From contig CALIBK010000096.1 in NCBI GenBank assembly GCA_938045955.1, positions 1 to 58,110 on the forward strand: a stretch of 58,110 nt of DNA, read 5' to 3'. Source of the stretch: an uncultured bacterium (GTDB lineage: Bacteria; Desulfobacterota; BSN033; UBA1163). The translations under genes were made by a program, and so were the position numbers. Shown here piece by piece: positions 57,919-58,110 of this stretch (the first letter of the stretch is position 1; the number at the start of each line of letters is the position of its first letter). The notes under the pieces were generated by a model, which had not been told where the DNA came from, searched no databases, and saw only the letters and a list, made by a program, of their open reading frames with translations.

Positions 57919-58110
57919 TTATTTACTTGAATCCATTTTATGGGCATTTTCTCTCGCAAGAAGAGCTGCACCTAAGGCAGCGATCATATGGGGTTCAGGA
58001 GGAACCAGCACTTCAAATCCTGATACCTCCACGAAGGCCTGAATCAACCCCACGTCCCTTGCTCCCCCTCCTACGATGGCCACCTCCTTTTCCACACCGA
58101 TTCTCTCCAT
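57919..58110 (-). CDS. Second activase (ASKHA ATPase), C-terminal fragment; 5' part outside window
   Basis: VAIVGGGARDVGL...VPPEPH.IAALGAAL.A. Confidence 0.8.
   Translation of the reverse strand: MERIGVEKEVAIVGGGARDVGLIQAFVEVSGFEVLVPPEPHMIAALGAALLARENAHKMDSSK

Noticed and set aside
33762-58042. Numerous 60-190 aa plus-strand track ORFs
   Set aside because: They are antisense shadows of well-supported minus-strand housekeeping genes.

Overview
This is a 58 kb chromosomal window, mostly minus-strand, from a diderm anaerobe. Gene content (LPS/Bam/Lol cluster, tmk-holB-ricT-metG, selenoprotein, radical CoA activases) suggests a Desulfobacterota/deltaproteobacterial lineage; this is an inference. 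The AT-rich left end (1-6.4 kb) is the 5' part of a type III-A-like CRISPR-Cas locus: cas6, a CARF/NE0113-wHTH gene, a four-helix-bundle gene, a DUF2130 gene, and cas10 (HD and GGDD intact, truncated by the window edge and missing from the ORF track). No CRISPR array is visible. The rest is housekeeping and metabolic: class II photolyase, tspO, tatD, sua5, purE, a P-type ATPase, two tandem oadG/oadB-like pairs, a 1410-aa PlsA/Ger-like protein, a UGA-recoded PrdB/GrdB-like selenoprotein, radC-tmk-holB-ricT-metG-dciA, larB, leuACD, lipid A/BAM/Lol genes, lysS and a BCR/HAD-type cluster. Features not explained by the ORF track are: (i) two copies of a ~161-bp MITE with 16-bp TIRs, 5-bp TSDs and an internal REP-like doublet; (ii) a three-copy ~80-105-bp dispersed repeat; (iii) heptamer-repeat arrays around the non-cas genes inside the cas operon; (iv) a probable ATT start codon for cas6; (v) a sigma54-driven small Cys/His-rich ORF; (vi) a TPR plus tandem cNMP-binding gene wedged between lolC/E and lolD.
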